Positions 52,100-64,000 of a DNA stretch of 64,000 nt are shown one piece after another. Made by a program: the position numbers and the translations under genes. Source of the DNA: the human T2T-CHM13v2.0 reference genome, Homo sapiens; the NCBI RefSeq assembly GCF_009914755.1, contig NC_060929.1; one strand, written 5' to 3'. Positions within the stretch are counted from its first letter, which is position 1. Every line of letters starts with the position of its first letter. The notes beneath the pieces are model-generated. The model saw only the letters and a program-made list of their open reading frames with translations. It had not been told where the DNA came from and searched no databases.

Positions 52100-53070
52100 A
52101 ACCCTTGGGTTTTGCGTTTTACTTACTGTATTTTTCATTTCCATTAGTTTTATTCTTTTTCACATTTGCTTGGTCAGGGATTATACTTGGTGAGATTGTC
52201 ATTAACATCTTTTTCCTTTACACTTATCATACATACTTATTTTATATTCTATTTTCAGTAATTCCAGTATCTGAGGTCTTCAAGGTTCTAATTCTGAAAT
52301 TGGTTGTTTCTGGGTAACTCTTATTTATACTTGCTTGTTCCTCCACATGTTTGGTAGTTGGTGTGTGTGTGTGTTTGTGTGTGTAGGTGTGTGTGTGCAC
52401 ACATGTGTGTTTGTCTATGTGTGTGTCTGAGAGACAGAGGGAGAAAGAGTTCATTCTTATTGAGAGTTATCTTGTTAGATATCGTTGAAGCCTCAGTTGA
52501 AGGTGTGATCCTCTAAAACAGGATTTGTGTTTGTATAACCAGGTTAAACTAAACACTTGGCTTGGGGTTTTCCTGGGCCACATAGGTAAAGTGAATTCTG
52601 GTCCCCAATAAGTGTGAGAATCAGCTTACAGTTACAAATTCTCATGAAAGAAGTTTTGCTTATATTTGGGCCATGGCCAAGACAAGCAAGATTCCTTACT
52701 ATCACCCTTTGTGGAAATTTTTTTCTGGCTCTCTATTTCGCTAAAGATGTCACTTTTCAGAAATCCTGATTTCTCCTCTAGTCTCTGATAAATCCACTGA
52801 TCTCTCTGTGTTCCTATCCTTGACCTATTAAAACTAAAGCCTCCAGGCCACTAGAAATCTGCAGATTAGCCCAGGGCAGCTGCTGGCTTCAGTGCTGACC
52901 AAACGTGAGGATTTATACTTATCATTTTGAACTCAGAATTTCCTTTTCATCCTTGCCAACCCAGCTATGCACCTAAAAATATGTATGTGTGTGTATGAGA
53001 GTGGTGCATTTATAAAGCTTTGGGGTATTTATGAACTATCTAGTCTACAACATTGCTGGAAATGGAAGCT
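52100..53070 (-). mobile_element. Ancient L1M fragment with (TG)n-rich tract at ~52360-52427
   Basis: T-rich degenerate L1-like sequence (ttccagtatctgaggtctt, ggctgctggcttc-like motifs). Confidence 0.45.
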
Positions 53071-55129
53071 CCCCTCACTATATTTTTATATTTTATCCTG
53101 AGGCAGAACCCTTTTGATCTCTGAGCCAAGGAAAGAATAACCTTTATCCTCCTCTATCTCTGGCTATGCTTGTAGAAAAAAATTATCAAAATATTCATCT
53201 TTGGTACTCTTATTTCAATTTTTTTCCATCTCCTGGCATCTTCTTTTCTTACTCATTCTCCCTTCCACTCTCTCTTCTCTCTAAGCACATGGGTCCTCCC
53301 CCTCACAGCAGGACTCTACTGAAGTTCTAGGAGTAACTGTCACTTTCTGTCATCAAAGTTCTACTTCTCCTTGAGTCCTCTTGAAACTTCAAGTTATTGC
53401 CCAACTTGCTTAATCATCCAGGTTATTAATGCTCCCAAGAGTACTTTATATATGTAAAGTATATTTCCTACATATTCACAGCACCCCCAGTTGATAGAAT
53501 TCCAGGCAACTTTTTAAAAGTAAAGGTAACACTAAAGAAATAGCTATTTTCCAGCCAGTGATTTCTCCCCATATTCCATTTAGAAACACAGAGAGGAATC
53601 TATTGCCCATGTAAGACCAGCACATACTCATAGCTAATGTGAAAGTTGACAGTCTTTAAGAGTGCACATTTAAATTACAGAAAATGTCAAGAAGAGTTAA
53701 CAAGAATAAAAATTGAAAGCCACAGAATAAGTTGTAACATATGGCACATTTGTTTAATGTCTTTGTTAATGAAACCAAAAATGTAAGCAGCAAATTAATT
53801 ACCATGTGCCAATGATACAAAATTAAGATGTGGCATCAGTGGCATGAGGAAAGAATACAGAGGTTCAAAGTTAAAAATATGGGCAGAAAAAGAAAATGGG
53901 CTTTCGGATGAGTACAAACAAGCTACCACATCATACGAAACATAACGACCCTTTATAAAAGAAAACCTTAGAACCAAGAGGCAGATAATGGGAGGGGAAA
54001 GACAAAAGTGGTCTTAAAGCAGCCATTTGCAATGTGAATGAACTAGAACCAAAGTAACAAAAATGAAAGCCTCTAACAATGACATTGCAGTGTCGATAAA
54101 GCACCAAATCACAACGTACCATTATTTTGGACTTTATAATATTTAAGCAGCAAAAGCAGCAACATAATGTAGAGGGAAATTTTCAGAGAAAGCTCTGACC
54201 CTACACTTCAGTGAAGGTTTATTTACAGAAGCACAGCTTTCTGAGTGGTTTAGTTTTGTTTTATTCTTATCTTAGAGAACACCCAACAAAGAAAGCAAAC
54301 ACCTTTGAGACTAGGCACTTTGCCCACAGGGAAAACAAAAATCAAGCCTTGCTGCGTGAACCCCAGTACCTTCCTGACCTGACTGGGGCTTTCCTTGCCT
54401 CATAATGACAGACAACCCAGTGGGAAAAGCAAGACAAAAGCTCTATTCACCTTCACATGCCAATACCTGGGTCTAAGCGGGGTACTTACTGGCCTACCCT
54501 GTCACTCACAAAGTTTTCCCCTTCTATCTATCCAAAACTCCCTTTCCCTGTATAGAAAAGCAGGAACCTCTCTCCCACTACCCCACACTCCCAACCTCCA
54601 GTCTTTCTCAACTGTAGATCCTCATTTGACCCACAGAAAACAAAAATAATTTGAATGATTCTTTTCTCAGTTCTCCCAAGGAGAGTACTAACTAATAACA
54701 TTCCAAAAGCATAAGAGAGAAATTAACTCATTACATACAATGACTGCTGTTGGACATTAGAGCTACATTCTCAAGGTTCTCGTGTCTTTTTTGTATTATT
54801 TGTTCTTCTGCATGATTCCTAATTTCCAGGACAATCACCAAGAAACAAGCCTAGCCTTGGCTCCTGCAGCCCACACATTGTTTCCCCAGTTACTCACACC
54901 AGCTCCACCTCCCCACACCTGGCCTTGTAAAGTCAGAATCACTCTGAGGGATAAGCATACAGCCAAACTAGAGTATTCAAGCAGCTTAAAGCTATCCTAC
55001 AGAACAGAACTAAATGTTTTTTGTTTTTTGTTTTTTTCATTCAAATGTCAAGAAGTCTTTGAGGACTGACTGGGATTCTGAAATGAAGACAAGTCTCCTC
55101 CTTGGGTAGCATGCCAACTGGTTGTGCAG

Positions 55130-55310
55130 CAGCACAGTGGTACAGGGAAAAGATCATGGGCTTTAGAGTCAGCCAGAACTCGTCTTACTCTACAGCTTTG
55201 CCTCTTGCTTTTTATGTGACTCTGGACACTTCCTATAATTTTACAAATCTTAGTTTCCTCTTCAAAAAAACATGGAAATATTAATCCTATCTCACTAGTT
55301 TGTTTTGAAT
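55130..55310 (+). mobile_element. MIR
   Basis: gcacagtggtacagggaaaagatcatgggctttagagtcag...tcttagtttcctcttc. Confidence 0.75.
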
Positions 55311-55734
55311 AAAAAATAAAATGGAATTATACACAGCAGCAATAGTATTGCACACATCATACACAAAAGAAGTATTACACAAATCAATATGTAGCAGACA
55401 GAGCAGAAATAGTAGTGTACATAAAAATGAGTGCTAGCTCCATGCTTTCTAGAGAAACAAAGCATGCCCACCTGGGAGAGGTGTGCAACAGTGCAAAGCA
55501 ATTACTGGTAAGTGTCCAGTGATAAATGATGTAGTCAGCAAATATGTTATTCTAAGTACAATTATGGATCTAGGAAGTACATTCTATTGTTGATAAGAAC
55601 CAAATGATAAATGGTCTACTTAGCAATATTCTTTCAGAGGAAGAAAAGAGAAACTCAATGTGGCCTGGAATGGACTAGAAAAGTAGTTGTGGGAAAGACC
55701 AGAGCTTGAAGGGTAGGCATTATTTGTTCTGTTT

Positions 55735-56690
55735 CTGATTTTGTTTTATTTTTATTTTATTTTTTAATCAACATGCCATGAAATTTAACTTTTTTCAGTG
55801 TACAGTTCTATGAATTTTAACTCAGGTATAGATTTGTATAAACATCACCACAATCAGGACACTGAATAGTTCCATCACCCCAAAACATCCACATTCCTGC
55901 TTCTCTAACTCCTGGAAATCACTGATATGTTTTCTATCACTACAGCTTTTCAAGGTTACCATATAAATGAAATCATACAGCATGTAACCTTTTGAGACTG
56001 GCTTCTATTTCATAGTGTAATGCCTTTGATTCATCTGTCTTATTGCAGGTACCAGCATATCATCCCATTCTACCGCTGAGACGTATTGCATTCTATACCT
56101 TCTATGGACATACCACAATTCTATGGACATACCACAATTTGGCTATCTATTCACCCAATGAAGTCCTTTAGGTCATTTTCAGGTTTTGGCTATTATAAGT
56201 AGAGTAGCCATAAACATTTGTGTGCAGGTTTTGTATGGACTAGGCACTTGGCTTGCATTGTTGTTTACCTCCCTTGGGCAGGCATGTTATTTTCTTTAGG
56301 AAGAATGGAACTAGCATTTATTATTATGTAAAATACTATTTTGTTATATATACTATGTATTGTTGTGTATTGTTTTCATGTCTCTGGACAAATACCTAGG
56401 AGTGGGACTGCCAGGTCATATGGTAAGTTACTGTTTAACTTCATAAGAAACTGCCCAACTGTTTTCCAGATTGGTTGTACCATTTTACATTCCCACCAGC
56501 AATGCATGAGATTTCCAGTTGTTCTGTTAAGTCAGCACTTAGTACTGTCAGTATAGATTTAACTTTAGCCATTTTAACAGCTGTGTAGTGGTACTGTATC
56601 ATGGTTTTAATTTGCATTTCCCTAATGTTTAGTGATGTTGAACATCTTTGCATGTGCTTGTTCACCACATGGATACCCTCTTTGGAGCAT
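55735..56690 (-). mobile_element. L1MC/MD-like 3' fragment
   Basis: Minus [21 protein letters not shown]; L1M 3'UTR motifs. Confidence 0.8.
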
Positions 56691-56753
56691 ATTTTTATCT
56701 TTTAAAATTTTTCTTTTATGACTTTTATTTTCTTTCCTAATTATAAAACTAAT

Positions 56754-56881
56754 TTTGTTTGTTTTTTGAGACAGGATCTCTCTCTCTGTCACCCAGGCTG
56801 GAATGCAGTAGTGCAATCACGGCTCACTGCAGCCTCAACCTCCTGGTTCAAGGGATTCTCCATGAGCCACTGAATACAGCC
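56754..56881 (-). mobile_element. Internally deleted AluJ
   Basis: First ~21 nt of the left arm joined to the right arm; perfect TSD cctaattataaaactaat at 56736-56753 and 56882-56899. Confidence 0.85.
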
Positions 56882-57284
56882 CCTAATTATAAAACTAATG
56901 ATTTTAAAGGGGATGTTTAAAATATAGAACATTTTTCAATACAAAAAGAATTCTGTCATTTCTATTGCCATCTTCTGTCCCAGCCAGTGACAAAACAAAA
57001 TGAATAATTTGGTGTGTTTCTTCCCAACTTCTGTAATGTATCATTGCAAATGTAAATATGGGCCTAGATTTGTGATGGAGTGTTTTTCAGCAAAATCAGA
57101 ATTATATAGTAAATACAGTTTTGATGCATGAAAGTAGTAAATTCATCACTATATATATCTTTTTGGAATACAGCAAATTTTCAAGTTCAGAAAAGAAGGA
57201 ATATATAAAGAATCAGGTATCAAATGACAACTTACTTTCAAAACAGGTAATTCCATTTTACTCCTAGTAATGTAATGGTGTCCC

Positions 57285-57660
57285 TGTATATTACTCAAAT
57301 AACAAATTATGCTACAATAACAAATAAATCCTGAAATCTCAGCAACTCCATGTAATAAAAGTTTCCTTCTCACTCATATCACAGACACTGTAATATGTAC
57401 TGCTCTCCTTTAACAGTGACTCAGGGACAAGTTATGTTTCCATTTTGCAATACGCTATCTTACACTTTTTCTTTTTCAGCTGCCTGGAGGAGCAAAGGAA
57501 AGGTTTATAATACTCTAACTGCTTTCAATCAGAAATGGCACATTATTTCTTCCCACTTTCCCATTGGTGAGAATAAATCCTGTGACTCACATATAGGTGC
57601 CTGGGGTTGAAATGCGGAGGAGCACACAGCAATCAGGGTGCACAAACCCGTCTGCCACTG
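57285..57660 (-). mobile_element. Old MLT1 (I/J-like) LTR
   Basis: tatgctacaataacaaataaatcctgaaatctcag...ttctcactcat...actcaggga motifs. Confidence 0.55.
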
Positions 57661-58169
57661 CCTGAAATGATGGTAGAGGCGTAATATCTGACTAATTCTA
57701 ATGGTGACAGAGGCATTCCAGAGAGACAAAGTTCATTCTAGCAAAGAAATATGTATATAGTTTTATTAAGCAATGATTAAAATTTTGCGTCCACTTAAAA
57801 GACATTCCCATGAAGGAGATAAATGCAAGTTATTTAAAATTCTAATTTAAAACATATTTTTTAAAAGCCGAATTATCTTAGGTCAGACGTATCACAGTAT
57901 TTTCATCTTTTGTTGTATGATTGATTTTTGCAAACTCTCTTTCATTTTAGTTGCAGCTCCCTTAAGAATAATAGACTTCTGTTGTCCTCATGGCTATCCC
58001 AACCACAAGCATTCCCTTCCAATTGTATATACACATATAATCACATGACCTTGTCTAGCCAACATTAAGAATTTGCCATTCCTTCATGCCCTATTTCCTT
58101 CAGCCACAATAGTGGTTAAGTACCAACCAGTTGTTAGTATTCTTTAACTGATTTAAGAATTAATCTCAT

Positions 58170-58296
58170 CAGATTTTGAATGTTCACAACACAAATGGCT
58201 GTGATGGATATGCTAATTATCTTGATTTGATCATTGTACATAGTAGACACATATAAAAACATCACTCTGTATCCCATGAATATGTACAATTATTGC
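58170..58296 (+). mobile_element. L1MA 3' end split by THE1 (continues 61364-61384)
   Basis: gtgatggatatgctaattatcttgatttgatcatt...tatgtacaattatt | tttgtcaactaaaaataaa. Confidence 0.8.
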
Positions 58297-61200
58297 TGAA
58301 TTAGTCCTCACACTGCTACAAAAAACTACCTGAGATTGGGTAATTTATAAAGGAAAGAGGTTTAATTGACTCACAGTTCAGCAAGGCTAGGGAGGCCTCA
58401 GGAAACTTACAGTCATGGCAGAAGGGGAAGCAAACACATCCTTCTTCACATGGTGGCAGGAGAGAGAAGTGCTGAGCAAAGTGGGAAAAGCCCCTTATAA
58501 AACCATCAGATCTCATGAGAATTCACTGACTATCAGGAGAACAGCATGGGGGAAACTGCCCCCATGATCCAATCATTTTCCACCAGGTCCCTCCTATGAC
58601 ACATAGGGATTCTGGGAACTACAATTCAAGATGAGATTTGGGTGGGGATACACCAAACCATATCATTCTGTCCCTGGCCACTCCCAAATCTCATGACCTC
58701 ACATTTCAAAGCACAATCATGCCTTCCCAACAGTCCCCCAAAGTCTTAACTCAACCCAGCATTAACTCAAACATCCAATTCCAAGCTCTCATCTGAGACA
58801 AGGCAAGTACCATCTGCTTATGAACCAGTAAAATCAAACACAAGTTAGTTACTTCCTAGATACAATGAATGGGGGTACAGGCATTGGGTAAATACACCCG
58901 TTCCAAATGGGAGAAGTTGACCAAAACAAAGGGGCTGCAGGTCCTATGCAAACCCAAAATCCAACAGGGCAGTCATTAAACCTTAAAGTTCCAAAATGAT
59001 CTCTTTTGACTCCATGTCTCACATCCATGTCACACTGATGCAAGTGGTAGCCTCCCACAGCCTTGGACAGCTCTGCCCCTGTGGTTTTGCAGGGTTCAGC
59101 CTCCATCCCGGCTGCTTTCATGGATGGGTGTAGAGTGTGAGTTTTCCAGGCACGTAGTGCAAGCTGTCAATGGATCTACCATTCTGGGGTCTAGAGGATG
59201 GTGGCCCTTTTCTCACTGCCCTAGCTACACTAGGCAGTGCCCCAATGAGGACTCTGTGTGGGGGTTCCACTCCCACATTTCCCTTCCACACTGCCCTAGC
59301 AGAGGTTTTCCATGAGGACTCTGCCCCTGCAGCAAGCTTCTGCCTGAACATCCAGGCATTTCTATACATCCTCTGAAATCCAGGTGGAGGTTCCCAACCC
59401 TCAATTCTTGACCTCTGTGCTTTCACAGGCTCAACACTACATGGAAGCCACCATGTGTTTGGGTTTGCACCCTCTGAAGCAATGGCCCAAGCTGTACCTT
59501 GGCCCCTTTTAGCCACAGCTGGATCTGAAGGAGCTGGGATGCAGGGCACCATGTCTCAAGGCTACACAGAGCAGGGGGTGCCTGGGTCTGGTCTATAAAA
59601 CCATTTTCTCCTCTGGGCATGCGATGAGAGGGGCTGCTGTAAAGGTTTCTGACATGCCTTGGAGACATTTTCCCCATTGTCTTGGTGATTAACATTCAGC
59701 TCCCAACTACTTACGCAAATTTCTGCAGCCAGCTTGAATTCCTCCCCAGAAAATGGGTTTTTCTTTTCTACTACATCATCAGGCTGCAAATTTTCCAAAC
59801 CTTTATGCTCTGCTTCCTCTTGAATGCTTTGCCATTTAGAAATTTCTTTTACCAGATATCCTAAATCATCTCCCTCAAGTTCAAAGTTCCACAGATCTCT
59901 AGGGCAGGGGTAAAATGCCACCAGTCTCTTTGCTAAAGCATAGCAAGAGTGGCATTTACTCCAGTTCCCAACAAGTTCCTCATTTCCATCTGAGAGCACC
60001 TTAGCCTGTACTTCATTGTCCATATCAGTATCAGAATTTTGGTCAAGGACATTCAACAAGTCTCTAGGAAGTTTCAAACTTTCCCACATCTTCCTGTCTT
60101 CTGAGCCCTCAAAGTCTCCAGGAAGTTCCAGACTTTCTCATATTTTTCTGTCTTCTTTTGAGTCCTCCAAACTGTTCAAAGCAATAGTGGCAGGAGGCAG
60201 ACAAATGCCTAGGCAGATAGGGACAGATCCCCAGTGAAAATCCACCTATAAGCCAAAGACTGTTTAAAGCCTGAAACCCTAGCTATAAGTCAAATCCACA
60301 GACTGGATTGAGAACCTGTCTTCCCGTTTGACACACTCCTCTGACTGATCCCCACCCTTCACCTATTTTACATATACCTACCCTTTCCTAATTGGTTTTC
60401 TACACTGCCATGACCATATTTGAGTTGTGCCTTTGCTTTAGTCTTTTGCTTTAGCCTTGCATACTCACAAACCAGTCAGCACATACTCCCATAGTCTAAG
60501 CCCACAAAAGCCCTGGACTCAGCCACACTGGGAGAAAAACCACCTGACTGTGGGGGTGAGGGACAACCCCCATGTCCACTCTCCACTAGAGCTGTTCCGT
60601 CACTCAATAAAATTCTTCTCCGCTCCCGTCACCCTTCAATTGACAGTGTATCCTCATTCTTCTTGGATGCAGGACAAGAGCTCAGGAACCACTGAACACA
60701 GGTACAAGCTATAACAGAGGCAGGCTGGGGCATGCCCAGCCCAGCTACAGGCTGAGCCAGCGCACAAGCCAAACTTAGCCCAGGTCAGGCAAGTGGGCAG
60801 GGTGCCTCCTGCAGCAGGTAGCGGGTCTGAGTGAGTCCCAGTGAGGGGCGTCACCAGCCAGAGGTCCCTGGCTGGCAAATTGACTGAGAAAAATCCTACA
60901 TCAAAACCTCTGCCTGTTACCCAGTTCCAAAGTCACTTCCACATTTTCAGGTATCCTGATAGCAGCAGTCCACTACCTTGGTACCAATTTACTGTATTAG
61001 TCTGTTCTTATGCTGCTATAAAGAACTGCCCAAGACTGGGTAATTTATAAAGAAAAGAGGTTTAATTGATTCACAGTTCTGCATGGCTAGGGAGGCCTCA
61101 GGAAACTTACAGTCATGGTGGAAGGTGAAGCGGGAACCTTCTTCACAAGTCGGCAGGAGGTAGGGAGTGCCAAGCAAAGGGGGAAGAGCCCCTTATAAAA

Positions 61201-61363
61201 CCATCAGATCTCATGAGAACTCACTCACTATCATGAGAACAGCATGGAGGAAACTGCCCCCATGATCCAATCACTTTCCACTGGGTCCCTCTCACAACAT
61301 GTAGGGATTATGGGAACTACAATTCAAGATGAGATTTGGGTGGGACACAGCCAAAGCATATCA
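58297..61363 (-). mobile_element. Full-length THE1D-like MaLR (LTRs 58297-58665 and 60993-61363) containing a MER50 LTR
   Basis: Two similar LTRs; internal ORF MWESLKLPRDLLN...; the L1MA host resumes after it. Confidence 0.92.
60182..60903 (+). mobile_element. MER50-like ERV1 solo LTR
   Basis: atagtggcaggaggcagacaaatgcctaggcagatag ... gaaaaatcctacatca; AATAAA ~60606; THE1 internal sequence resumes after it. Confidence 0.8.
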
Positions 61364-61639
61364 TTTGTCAACTAAAAATAAAAGGGGAAATTTAAACGGC
61401 GCCTAGAGCAGGCAGACAGGAGCCTTCTACACATGGTGCCAATTAGACAGAGTGTTTCTCCTTGTAAAAAGAAAGAGGAATTGGTGAAGGTGTGGGTCAG
61501 AAATGTTAATTAAATGAGACTTTCTTTCTACAAATGTGAATAGTTCATGTATTGCTATCTTCTAAGTAAAAGACAAAAGACAGGAAGGACTGACCTTTAA
61601 CTTCCTTTACAGTGTCATATTCCTAAAGAAAACCCATGA

Positions 61640-62180
61640 AAGTGATATCACCAAAAACAGTGGAGTACGAACACCAGGGCTTTTTCCCTCCACAAAAGCA
61701 ATTCATGAGCTGGCAAAAACTGAAATAACTTTACACAATTCTGGAATCAACCAAAATCTTTCAACAACCAGCTGAAGACTGGGTGAAAAAATAAGCTGCT
61801 GCTTTGTGGTAAGAGAGTGTCCTAGCATGTTAAATTGCCCACTTGCCATCCCTCACATCTCATGTTGGCAGTAGCCATTCGTGTAGCAGCCCACACTCCT
61901 GGCACAGACTCCTAGTACCAGGTGGAGTAACTCAGAACTTGTTCTTAAAGAAATATGATTGCCCATTTTGTCCTGTGTAGTGGCCCCCTAAGGAACTGGC
62001 AAAGTGGCTTGCCTTTGTTTAGCCACCTCAGAGTGTTCTCAAGGATGAGTGGCTTTCTGGGTAACATTTGCCAAAAGCATTGAAGGCAAAAGTACTGGCC
62101 ACAGCAGACTGGAGCAAGGTACAACACTTGGGCCAAGCAATAGACAGACTATAAAGAGAAATCTGAAGTAAGTTCAGAAA
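61640..62180 (+). mobile_element. Old L1M 5'UTR-like fragment
   Basis: gagctggcaaaaactga...tctggaatcaaccaaa...taacatttgccaaaagcattgaaggcaaa motifs. Confidence 0.5.
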
Positions 62181-62804
62181 AGAGATGTAATGGAAAAAAC
62201 AAATTGGCCTTCTTGGGCATATTTTATTATCAGGATTTATGGATTATCAGACTTTACTTAGTTGTAATCTAAAATGTGGTGGCCTCCCAATAAATGGTTG
62301 TTTAAATGATTGATTAGTGGATCCGTAGATGGATGGAATAAAAATGGTCTACATCCACTGTTTCTTATTTATTAAAAGTTAACTTTTTATCCTTTTCCAT
62401 ATTTTTGTGTTTAATTCATATTTCTATAATAAGACCATAAGACCCTCTTATACTACTTTTAGAATATTAAAACAATCAATAATAGCATTATACATATATA
62501 TCATTTTTAAACTGTTATGATTTAAAAATCATATTATTTAAGTTATGAAAACATAACTTATTAAAGTTATGATTTCATACTGAAAATATTAATGTCACTG
62601 AAATAGTTTAATTATATCAGATTTTTCAGACATTTAAACATAAACTGAATTCACTTGGTATCAATCCAATGCAACTGTTTTTAAACAAACAATAAAACCA
62701 CTTATGAAGACCTGTTCCTATTCTCCAGATTCCTTATATTCTATTAGACATTATTATCCAGATAGCTTGTTCTTTCTACCAAACTGGATATTGTCCTTTT
62801 TTTC

Positions 62805-63822
62805 ATGTTTTTAATTGATACATAATAATTGTATATATTTAGGGGGTATATAGTTTTATTTAGTTTTGTTTTTTGAGATGAGGTCTTGCTCTGTTGCCCA
62901 GGCTAGAGTGCAGTGTTACAATCATAGCTCACTGTAGCCTCAAACTCCTGGACTCAAGCTATCCGCATGCTTCAGCCTCCTAAGTAACTGGAACAACAGG
63001 CACATGCCACCATGCCTGGATAATTTATTTTTATTTTTATTTTTTCACAGAGTGGGTCTCACCATGTTGCCCAGGCTGGTCTCAAACTCCTGGCCTAAAG
63101 CAATCCTGTCACCTCAGCCTCCCAAAGTAATGGGATTACGAATGTGAGCCACTGCGCACAGCAGTACATAGTGATGTTGTGACACATGTAATGTATAGTG
63201 ATCAAATCAGGGTAATTAGCATATCTATCATCTCCAAAATTTATCATTTCTTTGTGTTGGCAACATTCAATATCCTCCTAGCTATTTGAAACTATATAAT
63301 ATATTATTGTTAACTATTGTCATCCTACATCTATACAACACTATAACTTATTCCTCCTATCTAGCTATAATTTATATCCTTTAACAAGACTCTCTATTTC
63401 CTCCTTCTCCATGCCTTTCCCAGCCTCTAGTATTTTCTGTTTGACCTTTTACTTCTATGAGATCAAAACTTTTTTAGCTTCCATACTGAGTGAAGACATG
63501 CAGTATTTAACTTTCTGTTACTAGCTTATTTCACCTAACATAATGTCCTTTATTTCCATCCATGTTGCCATGAATGACAAAATTTCACTCTTTTTATGGT
63601 TGAATAGTGTTCCATCGTGTGTGTATGCATTCGTTCATCTGTTGTTGGACACCTAGGTTGATTTCATATCTTGGCTATTCCAAATAGTGCTGTAATAAAC
63701 ATGGAGTGCAGATGTCTCTTTGATATACTGATTTCCTTTCCTTTGGGTAAATGCCCAGAACTAGGATTTCTGGATCATATGGTAGTTCTATTTTTAGTTT
63801 TTTTGAGGAACCGCCATACTGT
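62805..63822 (-). mobile_element. L1MA-like 3' fragment with AluJ insert (~62862-63162, minus)
   Basis: Minus ORF KKLKIELPYDP...LGIYPKERKSVYQRDICTP; AluJ flanked by gta(t/c)atagt TSD. Confidence 0.85.
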
Positions 63823-64000
63823 CCTGAAATCTTGGACCATGGCAGAGTGTCACATAGGATGAGTTCAAAGTTTTCATGTGGATTAAACTGGCATGTACTA
63901 GATTTTTGAAACACTCAAAGCAATCAGAATGCTGTGAATCTTCCCAAGATGTTGTAAAGGGTCAAAATAATGAGACTAGAAAGAAAACGCATCAAGGCAG

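Noticed and set aside
53800-54200. Slightly CpG-enriched unique stretch
   Set aside because: No ORF, splice pair or repeat family that I could support.

Overview
AT-rich, CpG-poor primate (human-like) genomic DNA made mostly of transposable elements: L1, Alu, MaLR/ERV LTRs, MIR, L2 and hAT MITEs. I find no intact protein-coding gene, RNA gene or CpG island; nearly all ORFs in the track are L1, Alu or MaLR fragments or antisense shadows. The main non-repeat signal is a heavily decayed minus-strand gene at about 18480-22194. After removing inserted elements, its frameshifted translation is collinear from N- to C-terminus with the MGAT5/GnT-V (GT18) glycosyltransferases. This match was made by eye against a remembered human MGAT5 sequence and needs a real search. 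The first 15.5 kb is a nested TE stack: old L1/HAL1 > MLT1D > near full-length L1PA8 with a ~360 bp 3' transduction > AluY fused to an L1PA5-like element with a spliced 5'UTR (SpIRE). Subfamily names come from remembered consensus motifs and many repeat boundaries are approximate.
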